Below are positions 38,633 through 51,704 of a DNA stretch of 64,000 bases, one piece after another. The notes beneath the pieces are model-generated. The model was not told the origin of the DNA. It saw only the letters and a list, made by a program, of their open reading frames with translations, and did no database searches. The stretch comes from Geosiphon pyriformis uo1 (Eukaryota > Fungi > Glomeromycota), in assembly GCA_016748015.1 (NCBI GenBank), contig JAAOMT010000436.1, positions 486,703 through 550,702 on the forward strand, in the 5' to 3' direction. Numbering within the stretch: the stretch's first letter is position 1; each line of letters begins with the position of its first letter. The position numbers were made by a program, and so were the translations under genes.

Positions 38633-40556
38633 TGGAAAGGAGGTTGTGGGAGCACACCACCAGCCAGAACCAAACTGTTAAAACAAGCAAACAAACTCAG
38701 CACCAAGCAGCAAGACCTTCCAATATATTCTCTAACTTGGTAACATGAAGAGATGCAAACGAGTCCTCTACTGTAGCAGTATTCACAGTCTTATCACTTG
38801 TGACTTCTTCCGAACCCACTCCTATCACTATATCCTCTCCTTGATTCTGTGATGAGGAGGCCACTAGCAGCTGACATTCAGGGCTAGGCTGGGGAACTGC
38901 CAGCACGAGTAAATCCAACTTCTTAGCCAACTCACCAATTTGTCCCGCGAGGCTGATGAGACTGCTTTCAATATTTACCAAATGTTTTTCCAAATCATTC
39001 ACAACAGGAGGGAGAGGTTTACCAACTTTGTTGGAACCAAGAATCAAACCAGCACCATGAGAACTACACACCAGAGGAGCACCAACTACTGATGCCCAAG
39101 TTCTGCCACTAAAAGAGACTGGACGAGTAACAAGTGCCTGCTTCTTCTTATAAATGCTGGCCAAATAAACACAATTCAGATCAGTCACCACCCTTTTCCC
39201 ACAGCTACCAGAATTCCCACTTATTGAACACTTTCCATTAGTATGACCATACTGTTTGCATGTAGCACAGCAAGCCAGAAAAAGACCAGCCCAGCACAAA
39301 CTCACTCCCTTAAAAACCAGAACTGAACCAAAAGCAGCCAATTTGGAAGCTACATTCTCAAAACAAATAATAGCGCATCTATCACACGCATACAAGCTAG
39401 GATTACGGCCAATGAAACACATTTTTCCACCATAAGACTCCAACAAGTCTACTAAATCATGAGCAGTCATGCCAATTAGCAGAGTATAGAGCAAAGCCTG
39501 ATGATGGTCTTTTGACACCCACATTTGTTTGTCACCAACAGCCAAAGCTACTCACACAGAATTCTTTCCCACAAGAACAAACTATTTAGAAGCAACCAAA
39601 CAAGCAACCTCAGCTGATTCAAATTCAATGACAGCTTTTTGTCATAAATCAATCAACTGTATCTTGATTGAATTAATCCCATCAAACTTAGAAAACACCA
39701 CCTCAATTGCCAATTTTAGAAGATCAACAGGAATTTCCTTGATGATTACTTCCTGATCCGAACAAATATTTATTTTTCTAAGATCACTGTTAACAATAAT
39801 ATTTTTATTGACTGCTATTAATTTGGCCTTATTCAGACTAGATTCACTTGTGAATGTTGATCTTATGATCCCAAGAAATTTTGAGGGAATCGAAGTCCTC
39901 CCAAAGCCATCAATATGATAAAAAATTTTTTTAATTGAAATTAACTTATCACTATTAGTCTTTCCAGGCACTTTCAACAACTCTACATCCAAGGCAAACA
40001 ATTTAACTGGTCCAAAGACACAACGTACCAAAACACGTGAAATTGCAGGTAGCAGCCAATTGGATCCAGCAAATTTAGCTCCAGGAAGCACCACCTTAGA
40101 ATTGTTGTCATTCATGCTTACGAAGAAAATTGCTTTGGGTGGCTGTTTCAAAACAAAAGTCCTTGTACGTGTTTTTCTAAAAGTTGCATTGTCTTCTATT
40201 TCATCAGTCTCAGAAGTGTTGGGATTCACGTAACTCGTCTCCTCAGCAACTGTGTTTTCTAAATTCTCAACATCTAATACTTTACTAACACTCATCTCTT
40301 CACTATCTATCTCACTACCCCAAGATCTCTGCAGTCCAGCACCGTCATTATGCAGCATACTCACTGAGAGCAGGCCAGCTGATGAGTCCACAACGCCACT
40401 AGAGACACCAGATAACTTCATTTTCTTGTATGAAGGATTACACAAGTATACACTCTCAACATGCGCTTTAATCATTTTGCTGCCAGACTGGGACCCCAAC
40501 CCAGCTGAACTTGAACCCGAAATGCCAGCAGAAGAGCCCACTGGATTCATAGGCAC
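38629..40556 (-). pseudogene. LINE ORF1 (gag-like: RRM-like regions, CCHC knuckle, coiled coil) with nonsense/frameshift lesions
   Basis: ORFs 39642..40556 and 38697..39545; knuckle CATCKQYGHTNGKC; ends ...PQPPFQ* (TGA 38629-38631). Confidence 0.9.
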
Positions 40557-42377
40557 AAATAGAGGTACGTTTAAAGAAATAATGAAAAGGACAAAAGGAA
40601 AAAAGGGTAAGAAAGACTATCTTTTCGACAACTCCAAGCTTTTGTTGTGGTTAGGGAATCAACAAAAAAAAGAGTTTTTGTCTTATAATTAAGTTATTTA
40701 AATAAATATTTTTAAAATTTTATAAATATAATTATAAAATCATATTTAAAAATTTAATATTATCTAAGTAATTGTGTTTTGATTTTTTTTAAAACATAAA
40801 AAATATTAACAGAAATTACAAAATAATTAAAACAAAAAACAGACACAAATATATTAAAATTAATTTAATAAATTTGTTTACTTTTTTTTATTATTTTTTA
40901 ATCATTAAAAATAAGATTTACATAGCTTAAAATAAAAAATTATCTTTTTTTTAAGTATAAAGTAATATTTTTTAACATAATATTTTTTATAAACTTTTTT
41001 GTTATTATATAACTTAAAAAAAAATTTATATATATTTTTTTAGTACAACTTACAAAAAATTTACAAAATAAACTGAATTAATCAAAATATATATTTACAT
41101 AATTATTAAGTTCATAATTAACAATTTGTATTTTTGTTAATTTTTTTTTTTTTACTTGTAAGAAAGATCTGCCAAAAAGTTATAAGTTTTTGAAAAAAAA
41201 ACTTTTTAATGAAAAAAGTATACAGTGTATATACTTTATAAGTTTTATTATTATTAATATTATTTTCAATTATAAATCATTCTAAATTTATTATTTTAAA
41301 AATTGTTTTAAAGCATAGGATTCAAATTGGTATTTTTAAAGGTTTTAAATATATAACATATAATATATATTTGTATCTTTTAAATTAACAAAAAAACCCC
41401 CCCCCCATTTTTATTTATTTATCTAACTTAAAAAGTTTTTATCTACCAAAAATATATTTAGGATCCCCGAACGTTCATATTTTCAGATCTGTCTATTACA
41501 ACCTCGCAATTCCGGCATTTGTACACTTTGTGACCTCGAATACTTTTTTATGTTACCCACACTAGCTATAAGTCTTGTGCGTATTTTTTAAAAATAAAAA
41601 AATTTCCAAGAAATTAGAATCTTTACCTTGTGTCGATGTGCATTAGCATGTGAATGGATATCTGGTGCTTTTATCGTTCGTTTGACCTCCATATTGAAAT
41701 CCAAATCACCCTGTGAACAAATAGCAATACCATTCTGTGAGCTGTCTCACGACAATAATTTCGTTGGGTAACGGGTGACTGGGATAAAGAGATTAGCTTG
41801 AAATTTTCATTAAAACTAAAAGAGGTTTGGTTGCCCGTTGATTCCTAAAGTAGGTTTTTTAAGCTGGTCGTAATTAAGTTAGAACTCTTAAAAGGTATAA
41901 GTACAACTTGAATCTATTAAAAGAGGCTTAAAGCACTAATTGAATAAAATCCATATACCACAATCCCAGTGAAATATATATATTTTTTTTCCATTTAGAT
42001 AAAAGGTCTATAACTGCAAACAGGTTGAAAATTTTTAAGGAATTTAGATTTTAAGAAATTGAAATTAAATCAAAAATAAATTTCAAAGTAATAAATATCA
42101 ACATATATATTTAATTTTAATTCATAAATAATTCATTTAAAAAACTCTTTTAATTAAAAATTTGAAAATGTCGTCGGGAATATATGATTTTTGAAAAAAT
42201 TATTATTTCATTATAGGTAATCTCGAAAATAAGAAATAAATTTAATGGTTAATTATTGCGCTATCATATTATAATATAGTAGTATTATTAATATTTCTAA
42301 ATTAAATTTCATTGGTTTAATAAAAATCCTTGTTCAACTCTTTAAATTAAGCACACACCAAATTACTGATTCAATTT

Positions 42378-42467
42378 CATCCATATCATCCATTCATCCA
42401 TATTATCCATTCATCCATATCACCCATTCATCCATATCACCCATCCATCAATCAATCAATCAATCAA
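42378..42467. repeat. Compound CCAT / ~18-bp / TCAA tandem repeat just 3' of the long-isoform stop
   Basis: TCATCCATATCA(T/C)CCAT-like units followed by (TCAA)n. Confidence 0.85.
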
Positions 42468-42478
42468 TGTTCTTAAAA

Positions 42479-42749
42479 TCATTCCTCTAAATTCTTTGAA
42501 GATACACAACACAACCAAGGTTTTTTAGTCTTCCTTTTACCTCCTCCGGATGATTCAATGTCTCTGCTGCCTGTCGATTGTTCTATTCCACGAGTTGTCG
42601 TTGTGGTTGTTGGTTGATAAGTTTCTTCATCATTTTGTTTTACATTAAAGTTAGGAGTTGCTGAAAGTTCTGTCGTTTGTGAATCATTTAATGGCGATGT
42701 TGAAATGGTGTACGGTTCGGCACCATTAGCTCGTTTCTCGTTTTCAACA
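42479..42749 (-). CDS. Additional terminal exon of the quinone reductase (long isoform, 293 aa): S/T/E-rich linker ending KRKTKKPWLCCVSSKNLEE
   Basis: Donor GTAAGC at 43139 (phase 2), branch-like GCTAAT, acceptor TTTAG ending at 42750. The frame matches (GT+T = Val) and stays open for 89 further codons. Confidence 0.85.
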
Positions 42750-43135
42750 CTAAATTTATAATAAAATTTGTTTAAAAAATATTTTCACGATAAAATAATA
42801 ATTAGCATTTTCAATTGGAGGATCCAAAAGAAGACAATTGAAAGATTGAGTCGATAAATAAATAGAATTAAATTTTTTGTTTATTTTCGTATATTACTTT
42901 ATTAAAAATGGGTATTCTCTCTATTTGTAATATTTTTATTAGAGTCGAAGGATGATTAGAATAAAAAAAGAAGTTGCCAATTTCGAAAAATAAGAATATA
43001 CAATGATCTCACAAATAAATTCATTAAAATATGACGAATAATCAAAGACTCGAAACTTTAATGTGGAAGGCACTTTGCAAGATTTTCTTGAATACTCGAT
43101 GCGGTATGAAGAGGAAGTTGAGATGGGGACTCAGC

Positions 43136-43299
43136 TTACACTGTCAAGCCTTTGACATAGGTTGATAAAGTTTGAGCGAATCGTTTGCCTTGTACTTGAG
43201 CAATGATTTTTTCCTTGTCACTTGGTTGACGGCTACCATCAGCGCCGGCCACAGTGCCAGCCCCTATTTTGTTATAAAATATAAGATTGATTAGATGCG

Positions 43300-43379
<80 letters not shown>

Positions 43380-44124
43380 TAGGAATAGGAATAATAATAG
43401 GAATAATAATAATAATGATGGTAATAATAATAAAAATGAAAATAGCTTTAAAAGACATACCCCATGGACTACCACCAATAACTTCAGTATTATCCTGAAG
43501 TTCTGGCGTAGAATAACCAAGTGGTGCAAAGTTAATACCCTGATGCACAAACCAAGTGAGAGCAGTGTATGCAGTGGTTTCTTGACCACCATGTTGAGAA
43601 CCAGTCGATGAAAAAATTCCCGCAAATTTTCCTTGAAGAGCTCCGGTAACCCAATGTCCGCCTATTTAAAAATACCAAATATGGAAATTGATCACTAATA
43701 ATATCTTTAGAAAATTTTGAAAAATAACTAATAATTCATCAATGATTACTTACCACAAGCATCAAAGAAAGCTTTTATCTGAGCGGGAACATTACCGAAA
43801 CGTGTTGGAATACCGAACAAATATCCATCAGCTTCCAGAAGCTTAGCCGGAGTAATATAAGGGAGGTCGAATTTTGTACCGTGCATTTTTTTGATGATTT
43901 CATCAGATAGAGTCTCGGGTACTTGATAGATAGTAGCGGTAGAACCGGTACCTGATTCTTCAATTCCTCTCTTCACTTCTTCCGCTAGGATCTTGATATG
44001 TCCGTACAAGGAATAACTAAAAATTCATTTAAAAAAATTATGGATTTAAAATGATTAGAAATCAAGAAATTTCCGAAAAATTTCGAAAGTAGAATAACTA
44101 CATGATTATGTAAATCTTTGCCAT
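43136..44124 (-). CDS. Flavodoxin-like NAD(P)H:quinone oxidoreductase (WrbA/Pst2/Ycp4 family), short isoform, 204 aa. Exons 44124-44102, 44016-43754, 43661-43461, 43263-43136
   Basis: Motifs [51 protein letters not shown]. All introns are GT-AG and the exons sum to 615 nt. Confidence 0.95.
43301..43433. repeat. (ATA)n-based microsatellite in intron 3 of the quinone reductase
   Basis: Long ATA run with variants; the source of the spurious poly-Ile and poly-Tyr ORFs. Confidence 0.95.
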
Positions 44125-47100
44125 TTTTAGAAAATATACAAAAGAGACGTTTAAAAAAGAGGAGGGAAGATTTTTATTTTTTAAGGTTTTTTTTCCAGGA
44201 AACTTTGAACTTTTTGTATATTCAAAGAAATAGAATTTAAACTCGTTTCAGTTAAATACTCGAAATTATTCTTTGCCTGAATGAGTTGAAGTTAAAAAGC
44301 ATGTGGAGGGTTCTTCTCTTTATATTATTAAAATCATGAAAAGCATCCTGATCTTAATGATTTTTTGATTTATAAAAAAAAAATCAGTTGACAAATCAAC
44401 AGAAAAAGGATTAGTGATAGAATTTGTAATCAGTAGAACAGATGAATAATCAATCATTACTAAAATTGTACTTAATAATACCTTCTAAAAATAAAAAATA
44501 AAAAAAATAAATAAACTTTATTCTGAAATCTTACTATTCTGTTTATATATAATTAAGGTTTCGGATGTAAACAATTCCCAGCAGCAATGTCTCGAGCATG
44601 ATGATCAACTTTTTTGGGTTAATTATCAGTTAAAAAACGTTTTCCCTGAAATGGAAGAAGAAGGACGTGTATGAGAACCCCCATTTTTTCATTAATTTTA
44701 TCACGAATTGTGGATTTATAATAATAAAAGTTATAAATTTTCAGAGATTCTGAGGAAATTAATAATACCTAATAATATATATATATATATAAAGTGTTGG
44801 TGATCTTGAAACAAAAGAAGGAAATGAAGAAAATCAATTAAAAACAGGTAGAAATTGGATGATTAATTTTAAAAAAAAAATTGAAAAAAAAAATTGAAAT
44901 TTTATTCAACACAAAATTCCTCAATTCTCAACTGTTTCACAATAGAGATTATAATCAAAAAATTCAAAACTGCGATTCGGCTAATTTATTATCAATCACT
45001 AAGTAATCAATAGGAATTTTTTCTATAATGCGAGAATGAATCCAATATAGCTGATTAATCTCCCCATATCTTTTTACGAGGAAAAGAAGGATTAGAAAAT
45101 GAAACTTTGAAAGTTTATGTCATCAATGGGATATTAATGAGATAAATTTTAATCTCTTTGATCTTAAAGAATTTTTACAGGCTGTAAAAAATTCAAATCT
45201 TATAAAATCTTCTCACATATAATAATGTATTGAAAACCAAATTTATCTTTGAATAAAAATAAACATGAAAAATCTTGACCTTTGAACCTATTTCCCAGTT
45301 AGGTAAGATCAATCGTATCCAATTTTTGAGGTTTTAATTTCAGTAAAATTTTAATAAAATTAATGGCTGTAATAGTATATATGAAATTCTTAAAGATTGG
45401 TCAAATCCAAATAAAGGCCAGTCGATAAATTTCTTCATAAATACGCCCAAACAAAAACATCCCACGCAAGAATTCTTCAGAAATCAAAAGTTTATTTTTT
45501 TTCAGTTATCATTAAGATTTGATGAAATTTTCAGCATCAGCCTAGATTTTTTTGCATATCCAATTAATTTTTAAATGTTTGCCAATTGTGCAAATGTGAA
45601 CAAATGTCTATAAAAATTTTGCAGAGACATAGAATTCTCATGAAACATATTTGACCTTTTGAAGACAACCATTTTTCTCAACTTTTTGATATTGTAATAG
45701 CTTTTTGATTGTTGCATTTCTTGAATTCCAGTTTGAGGGAATTGTGGAAATAAATTCTTTTAAAATAAAAAGTTTTTATATGAACTAATTTTTCTTTAAA
45801 GTTTTTTTTGTCACACGTTGTACCTCTCTCTCCGGGCAAGAAATCATCCGGAGAGTTAAAATGTATTAAAATTGTGTTTAAGGCTACTATTGTTCCCGCT
45901 GGAATATGAAACGCTTAATAATAATTATCAATTTTTACTACTTAGTTATGGTAGCATTAGTGCAGAAAGGAGTTTTTGAGAAATTGGAAAAAAACAAAAC
46001 AAAAAAAGAGTTTTGTTGTTTGGTGAAAAATGTGGGATCAACGTTTATATTTATTTATTTATTTATTTATTTATTTATTGTTTTTAAAAGGTTTGGGAGC
46101 TAAGCAATACTCAGTTTCCTGATGAGTGTTCAGTTCTCGCCTACCCAATTCCTGAACTCGATCGATAATTTGGTAACTTTTTCCACTTCGGTTCATAATT
46201 CCAAAGCTTCATAATCAAAGATCGAACAAGAAACGGAGTATAGTTTAAAGAGTGGAAAACTCTTTATTATCATCCCTTTTGTATTGTAAAAATCATCTTT
46301 TAGATTTTGAAAATTTCCTTTCAACATGAAATGAATTTTTTTTTTTCGATAATAGGATGGATAAATTTTATTGAGAAATTATAAATGACGAAGATTAGAT
46401 TGTATTAGATGGCTCTCGTTGTTTTTGCCCAATTTCCATACTGTAGAAATAAGTTAGAAATTTTAAAGAAAAATTTTAAAGATCAAGGTAAAATAAAGAA
46501 ATTTACAAATAATAAACAAATAAATATGTAATTAATAAATATATTATGAGATATAAGAATAAAAATAAATACTTTTAGAATTACTCAATAAAAATATCTG
46601 AAAACAAATAATTTCTCTAATAATATCTTCGTCTATCATCATCATCATCATCATCATCAAATATCGTTTCATATCAAATCCATTCCAAAACAAAAACAAA
46701 AACAAAAACAAAAAACAAAGCATTTCTTTCAATTGGACATATTGGCCTAAAAGAATATCGTTTTCCTAAATATTTTTATGAGTATGAAAATTAGAATTAA
46801 TAAAGAGAATATGATGTTGATAGAGAAAGCATTATAATGAAAGTAAATTTTTTAAAATCCAATAAATAATTTTAATTTTTTTTCACCTTTTATTATCATC
46901 ATCAATTATTACAAAAAAAGTCAATCAATCAATCAATCCCCAATCAATGGTTGATGATATTTTTAGAAACAAAATATTTTGTTTATTCTGTCAAAAAACT
47001 TTATGAACCCAAACTATTACAGAAATTTAAATGATAGTGATGATGGCGATGGCGACAATTTATGCCATTAGCTAATTGTTTTTAAATTTCTAAAAAGAAC

Positions 47101-47634
47101 CAATGAACATACCTTTAAAATGTAATTGCATTCTATCATATTATTATTAATATATATTTAAAGATAGTTTATATAATATTTTTTTCGGGGATTTGTCCAT
47201 GATAATATGCAATGCATGATGATCAAAAAAATTTTAAATATTTCACAACAGATTCATAGATTTATTATTTAACCAGTAAAATTATGAAATTCATAAATTT
47301 TTGCATTTAGGTAATCTTTTGGTGATAATTTAAAGGATGTCGTTAAACGTGAAGACAATATTTCATAATATTGATCCAATTAAATCTGAAATAATAATTT
47401 TTTGAAGTAATACAAAAGTCAATTTAGATACGTTATTAATTAAATTATTATTTTTTATATAATTAGAAAAGGAAAAAAAATTATATATTAGAATCTCTGA
47501 ATTCTTTTGAATTTTTTGAAATAAGAAAAAAAAAAAATAAGAAAAACTTGATCTGTCCCTTTCACATTAAAACTTAGTTTCTAACTTTTTAGAAAATAGA
47601 AGAAAATAAACGTTTGAAATCAAATCAAATCAAA

Positions 47635-47637
<3 letters not shown>

Positions 47638-47683
<46 letters not shown>
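47638..47683. repeat. Poly(T) tract (~46 nt) 18 nt upstream of the GPCR ATG
   Basis: Homopolymer run. Confidence 0.95.
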
Positions 47684-47686
<3 letters not shown>

Positions 47687-47701
47687 AGTAAAAATATTAT
47701 A

Positions 47702-49836
47702 ATGATTCCCCGAGGAAAGTTCTATATATGCTTAACCCTATTCGGCGTTATACTAATTTTAATACCTACTTTTATGTTTTATACAAGAAAATCACCAATT
47801 TCAATTGAAAAATTATCACCTTTCTCTAATATACCAAATACAAAATCATTAACAATAAGAGCCGAAAAAAATAGAGAAGAAAATATTACCATCATCCCAC
47901 AAATTCCAAAATTTCGAAAAGAAGATCAAAAACTAATATCTCTCATCACTGTTATAATAGCACAAGTACAATTATTAGCAACTTTATTTGTATTATTTTC
48001 TGTTTGGAGAGTATGGAATCAAAATAAGAGACAGCCTTTAACTATGGCTATTAGAGTACCCTTTTATATTGCTTTGGCTGGTACGTGAAATTCAAATGTG
48101 GTTTGATGTGAGAATATGATTCTAAACTTTTTAATTATTATTATTATTATTAAAGAAATTTATATTTCATTCAATAGATTTTTATGTTTATACAGCTGTA
48201 ATGTTGAATCTGGTAAATTATTTCATAATTCATATTTGGATTTATCTGTTAATTAATTTATTACAAATTCGATTCAATTTAATTCAATTCAATTCAATTC
48301 AATTTCAATTCACAGGGATACTCTCTAGTTCATCTCCATCCAATGGGAGAACCATGGTGCAGCCTTTTAGCAGCGTACTCGACTGTTTCTCTAGGATTGA
48401 GTACATGCTTAGTGGGAAGTATTGCTTTGATCACATATTTAAGAGGTATTTAGATCGAGATTGACACATTTAATTTGGAAAAAAAAAAACTTTTTTATTT
48501 TATCTTTTGTTCTTGATATTTTTAGTATGCCAAAAAAAAATTATAAATTTGGGAAGATATGATTTCAAACTTTTCGGATCAATTTTCGGTTTCACTCTAA
48601 TTTTGGCTGTGGTTTCTATACCTAGTTATGGCGCTAGTACTTATTGGTATTTTTATCCCCCTTTTTTTTTTTTTTAAATTTCAAAAACATTTTGGATCTC
48701 TATTTTTAAATTTCTCATTTCCTTTTCACTTACATCAAAGGTGCTTTACAACCCGTAAAAACTTAATCCTCCCATGGATCTCATTAATCCTAAATCTAGG
48801 ATCCTGGGTCTTAACTCTCTTCTGTTACATTCAAATAATACTTGAAATTATTAATACAAAACAATCAAATCAAAGAGATTCAATTCAATTGAATTCATAT
48901 CGAACCCAATCAATTCAACCAGGTTCAATTCAATTGAATTCATATCGAACCCAATCAATTCAACCGGATTCAATTCAAATTAAGTTAACAATGCTCAATT
49001 CAATGGAGAAAATGATTTCTAAAAAGGTTGCGAGCTACGTATCAATATTTTTGATACAGTGGGTAAGTTTGAAATGAGATTACTTTAACGATTTCAATAA
49101 TTCAGATTTTCGTTCCCGATTCTGAAAAAAGAGTCATTAATTTTGAATCATTTAATAAGAAATCAATTTATATAAATGAGAACTTTTTTTTTAATTTAGA
49201 CTCCTGCGATGGTTTATATAATTGGGGAAATTATTGATGTAAGTTGTTCTTTTTCTCACACAAAAAAAAATTTATGCTTTTTCCTTTTAAATCATATAAT
49301 TATTTGATTGAAAACTTTAAATATTTTCAAAAGTACGATCCACCATGGGTATATATTCTAACAGGATGCTGTATAAATCTAGGCGGGTAAGTCTACATAA
49401 TTGTTTGTTTGTTTGTTTTTTTTGTTTTTTGATTTTTTTGATTTCAATAATTTTGTCTAGGAAAATCTTTTTCTAACTTTATAAAACCTTTTTTTAATCA
49501 ATATTTATTAAAATCGTTATTTTGATCGATAATAATAGTCTTGGAAACGCAATACAATTCGTGATAAACGAGGGACTCCGTGACACATTTCACAAACAAT
49601 ACACTTCTCAAACTCTTTCTACTGATCAAGATGAGGGTCGTGGTTTTAATACAAATACTAATATTCCCGTTCTTGGAAAAGGGAGAATTTTATTAAATCA
49701 AGAATTGAAAATACTTCAAAATGAAAATGGTTGGCAAGAGTTAACAGAACTACCAGATGATAATCGTGGAAATCATCTAGAACTGGGTACAAGGATGGAT
49801 GGATTGAAAGTTGAGAATCTTGAATTAGATAGTTAG
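47702..49836 (+). CDS. 7TM GPCR-like protein (cAMP-receptor/Git3-like fungal class), 458 aa. Exons 47702-48080, 48178-48212, 48316-48445, 48526-48646, 48741-49062, 49200-49238, 49334-49386, 49539-49836
   Basis: All introns are GT-AG and the exons sum to 1377 nt in frame. Motifs RVPFYIALAD, WC (ECL1), SIALITYLRVC, YGASTYWC (ECL2), SYVSIFLIQWTP, NLGGLGNAIQF. Confidence 0.88.
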
Positions 49837-51184
49837 TTTGAGAGGTCAGGACGAAAAAAAAAACCAATTAAACATCTAAACCAAACTGATAAATGAAATA
49901 AATGAAATAAATAAATAAATAAATAAAATGTTTTTTTTATTTTGTAATGAATCTTATTGAAAAAAAATATTAATTATTTTCTGGTTTTCAATTTTTAATT
50001 TAATTTATAATATTGTTTAATCTAACTGATTGTTTTTAATTAATTAATTTTTTTTTATGTATTAATAAATATAATCTAATTATTATTTAAAACTATATAG
50101 TCAAAAAAACCACAGTTTACATATTTCTATATATAAGAATAATAATAAAACTTTTTCTTTTTTGTATTTTTATAATTATAACTAAAACAATCTTTTTATT
50201 ATCTAACCAATAAAGTATTTACAATTTTTAAAACTGTTTATAAAAGTGTTTTTTTTTTAAAATAAAATAATAATAAACTAGTTTTCTGTTAATTCTAAAA
50301 TAATATTTTTTATTTTTATTTAAAAATCTTTTTTTTTTTTAAAGTTTTATTAAAGAAATCTACTTAAAATAGTTTTAATGTAGTTTTTAATTAATTATTG
50401 CAAATTTTAAAAGCAAAACAAATTATATTTTTATTTATAATTTTATTTAAATAACTTGTTAACTTAATCTTTAAGTTCAAGTAATTTAATAAAATAAAAA
50501 TAGAAATTAAAATTATTATTTAATGTTTTTTTTTAAAAAATTAATTTGGTTTATATATAATTTTATCAATACAAAATCAGTTTTTAAGAATAATATTAAA
50601 CTATTTATATAAATTTATATTTTAAATCTTATTATTAAATAAAAATTAAATTATTAATTAACATAAAAATTATTTTTATAATTTTAAATTCAAGATATTA
50701 ATTAATTAATTAATTAATTAATTACTATAAATTAATTTAATTTAAAAATTAAAAACTTAAAAAATCTATAATTAAAACTTTTTACAAAAGAGTTAATTTT
50801 TATTATAAAGTAATTACATAAAATAATTAATATAAAATTAGCAATTTAATTATAAATTTAATAACAAAAAAAATCTAAAATATAAATAAATACTTTAAAA
50901 ATAAATTAGTTTATTAAAAATTTAATAAATTAAAAAATAAAAAAAATCTTTAATTATACTTTTTTTAATACTATTAATTAAATTTTGTTTGTTAATTTTT
51001 TGTTTTTTACCACTTTAAAAATTATCAAATCTTTTATAATATTTGTTATTATTTTTGTTTTATAATTGTTTTGTGTAATATTTTATTTTAAGTTTTTGTT
51101 AATAATATTAAAAATATTTTCAAAATTAATTTAAAGTTTTTAAAACTGTTAAAATTATTTTTGTTTATTTAAATATTTTATAAG

Positions 51185-51480
51185 TATAGTCTAATTATTA
51201 TCTAATATATATAAATAAATTAAGAATTTATAATTAAATACAATTTATGTTTTTGCTATATATAACTAGTTTTTTAAGTTAATTAAGACTATATTATATA
51301 CTTATAATAATATTAATACAGCTATTTAAACCAAAAAAATACATATTAACTACTATTATTAACAAAATATATATAATTAAAAATTTTTTAACAATAATAA
51401 TGCTTTTTTTTAACAACATATATGGCCATATATATAATTATTAACTATAGTATATACATAATTATATGATTTATTTTAGT
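51185..51480 (-). mobile_element. Decayed LINE-type 3' end
   Basis: TATATATAACTAGTTTTTTAAGTTAATTAAGACTATATTA is an AT-shifted match to the 3' UTR TACACGTGACCAGCCACTCGGGCCAGTCAAGACTATACTA. Confidence 0.6.
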
Positions 51481-51704
51481 ATTTAAAAGAACAAAAAAAT
51501 ATTAAACAAATTATTAAAGTAAAAAAAATCATTTTTATTATTATTTATTTTTGGACAAAAACAAAAAAAATAATTAAATCTTATAAAAATACATAAATTA
51601 CAATCAACCAAAAATTAAAACATAATTAGAATTGTTTTAATTAATCATTAAAAATATGTAATATTTAAAAATTTAGTTTTAAAAATAAAAATAAAAAAAT
51701 TATT

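Larger units (their letters stand above)
23938..40675 (-). mobile_element. Full-length LINE (~6.9 kb net) with ORF1 and ORF2 (APE-RT-RNase H-CCHC), interrupted by a Gypsy element
   Basis: 15-bp TSD TTTTGTCTTATAATT at 23923-23937 and 40676-40690. The poly(A) tail appears as a T-run at 23938-23948. All domains are in the expected order. Confidence 0.95.

Noticed and set aside
41620-41820. Possible orphan minus-strand exon ending AAG|GTAAAG
   Set aside because: No recognisable protein similarity and no partner exons could be assembled.
43272-43625. Poly-Ile, poly-Tyr and poly-Asn ORFs
   Set aside because: Translations of the intronic (ATA)n microsatellite overlapping real exon 3.
45360-45760. 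Possible third gene in the intergenic region
   Set aside because: The frames I read were short, with no recognisable motifs or consistent splice pattern.
46119-46170. Possible hammerhead ribozyme or C/D snoRNA (CTGATGAG followed by a weak stem; TGATGA...CTGA)
   Set aside because: There is no GAAA after stem II and no stems I/III. The C and D boxes are only ~30 nt apart and box C lacks the leading purine.
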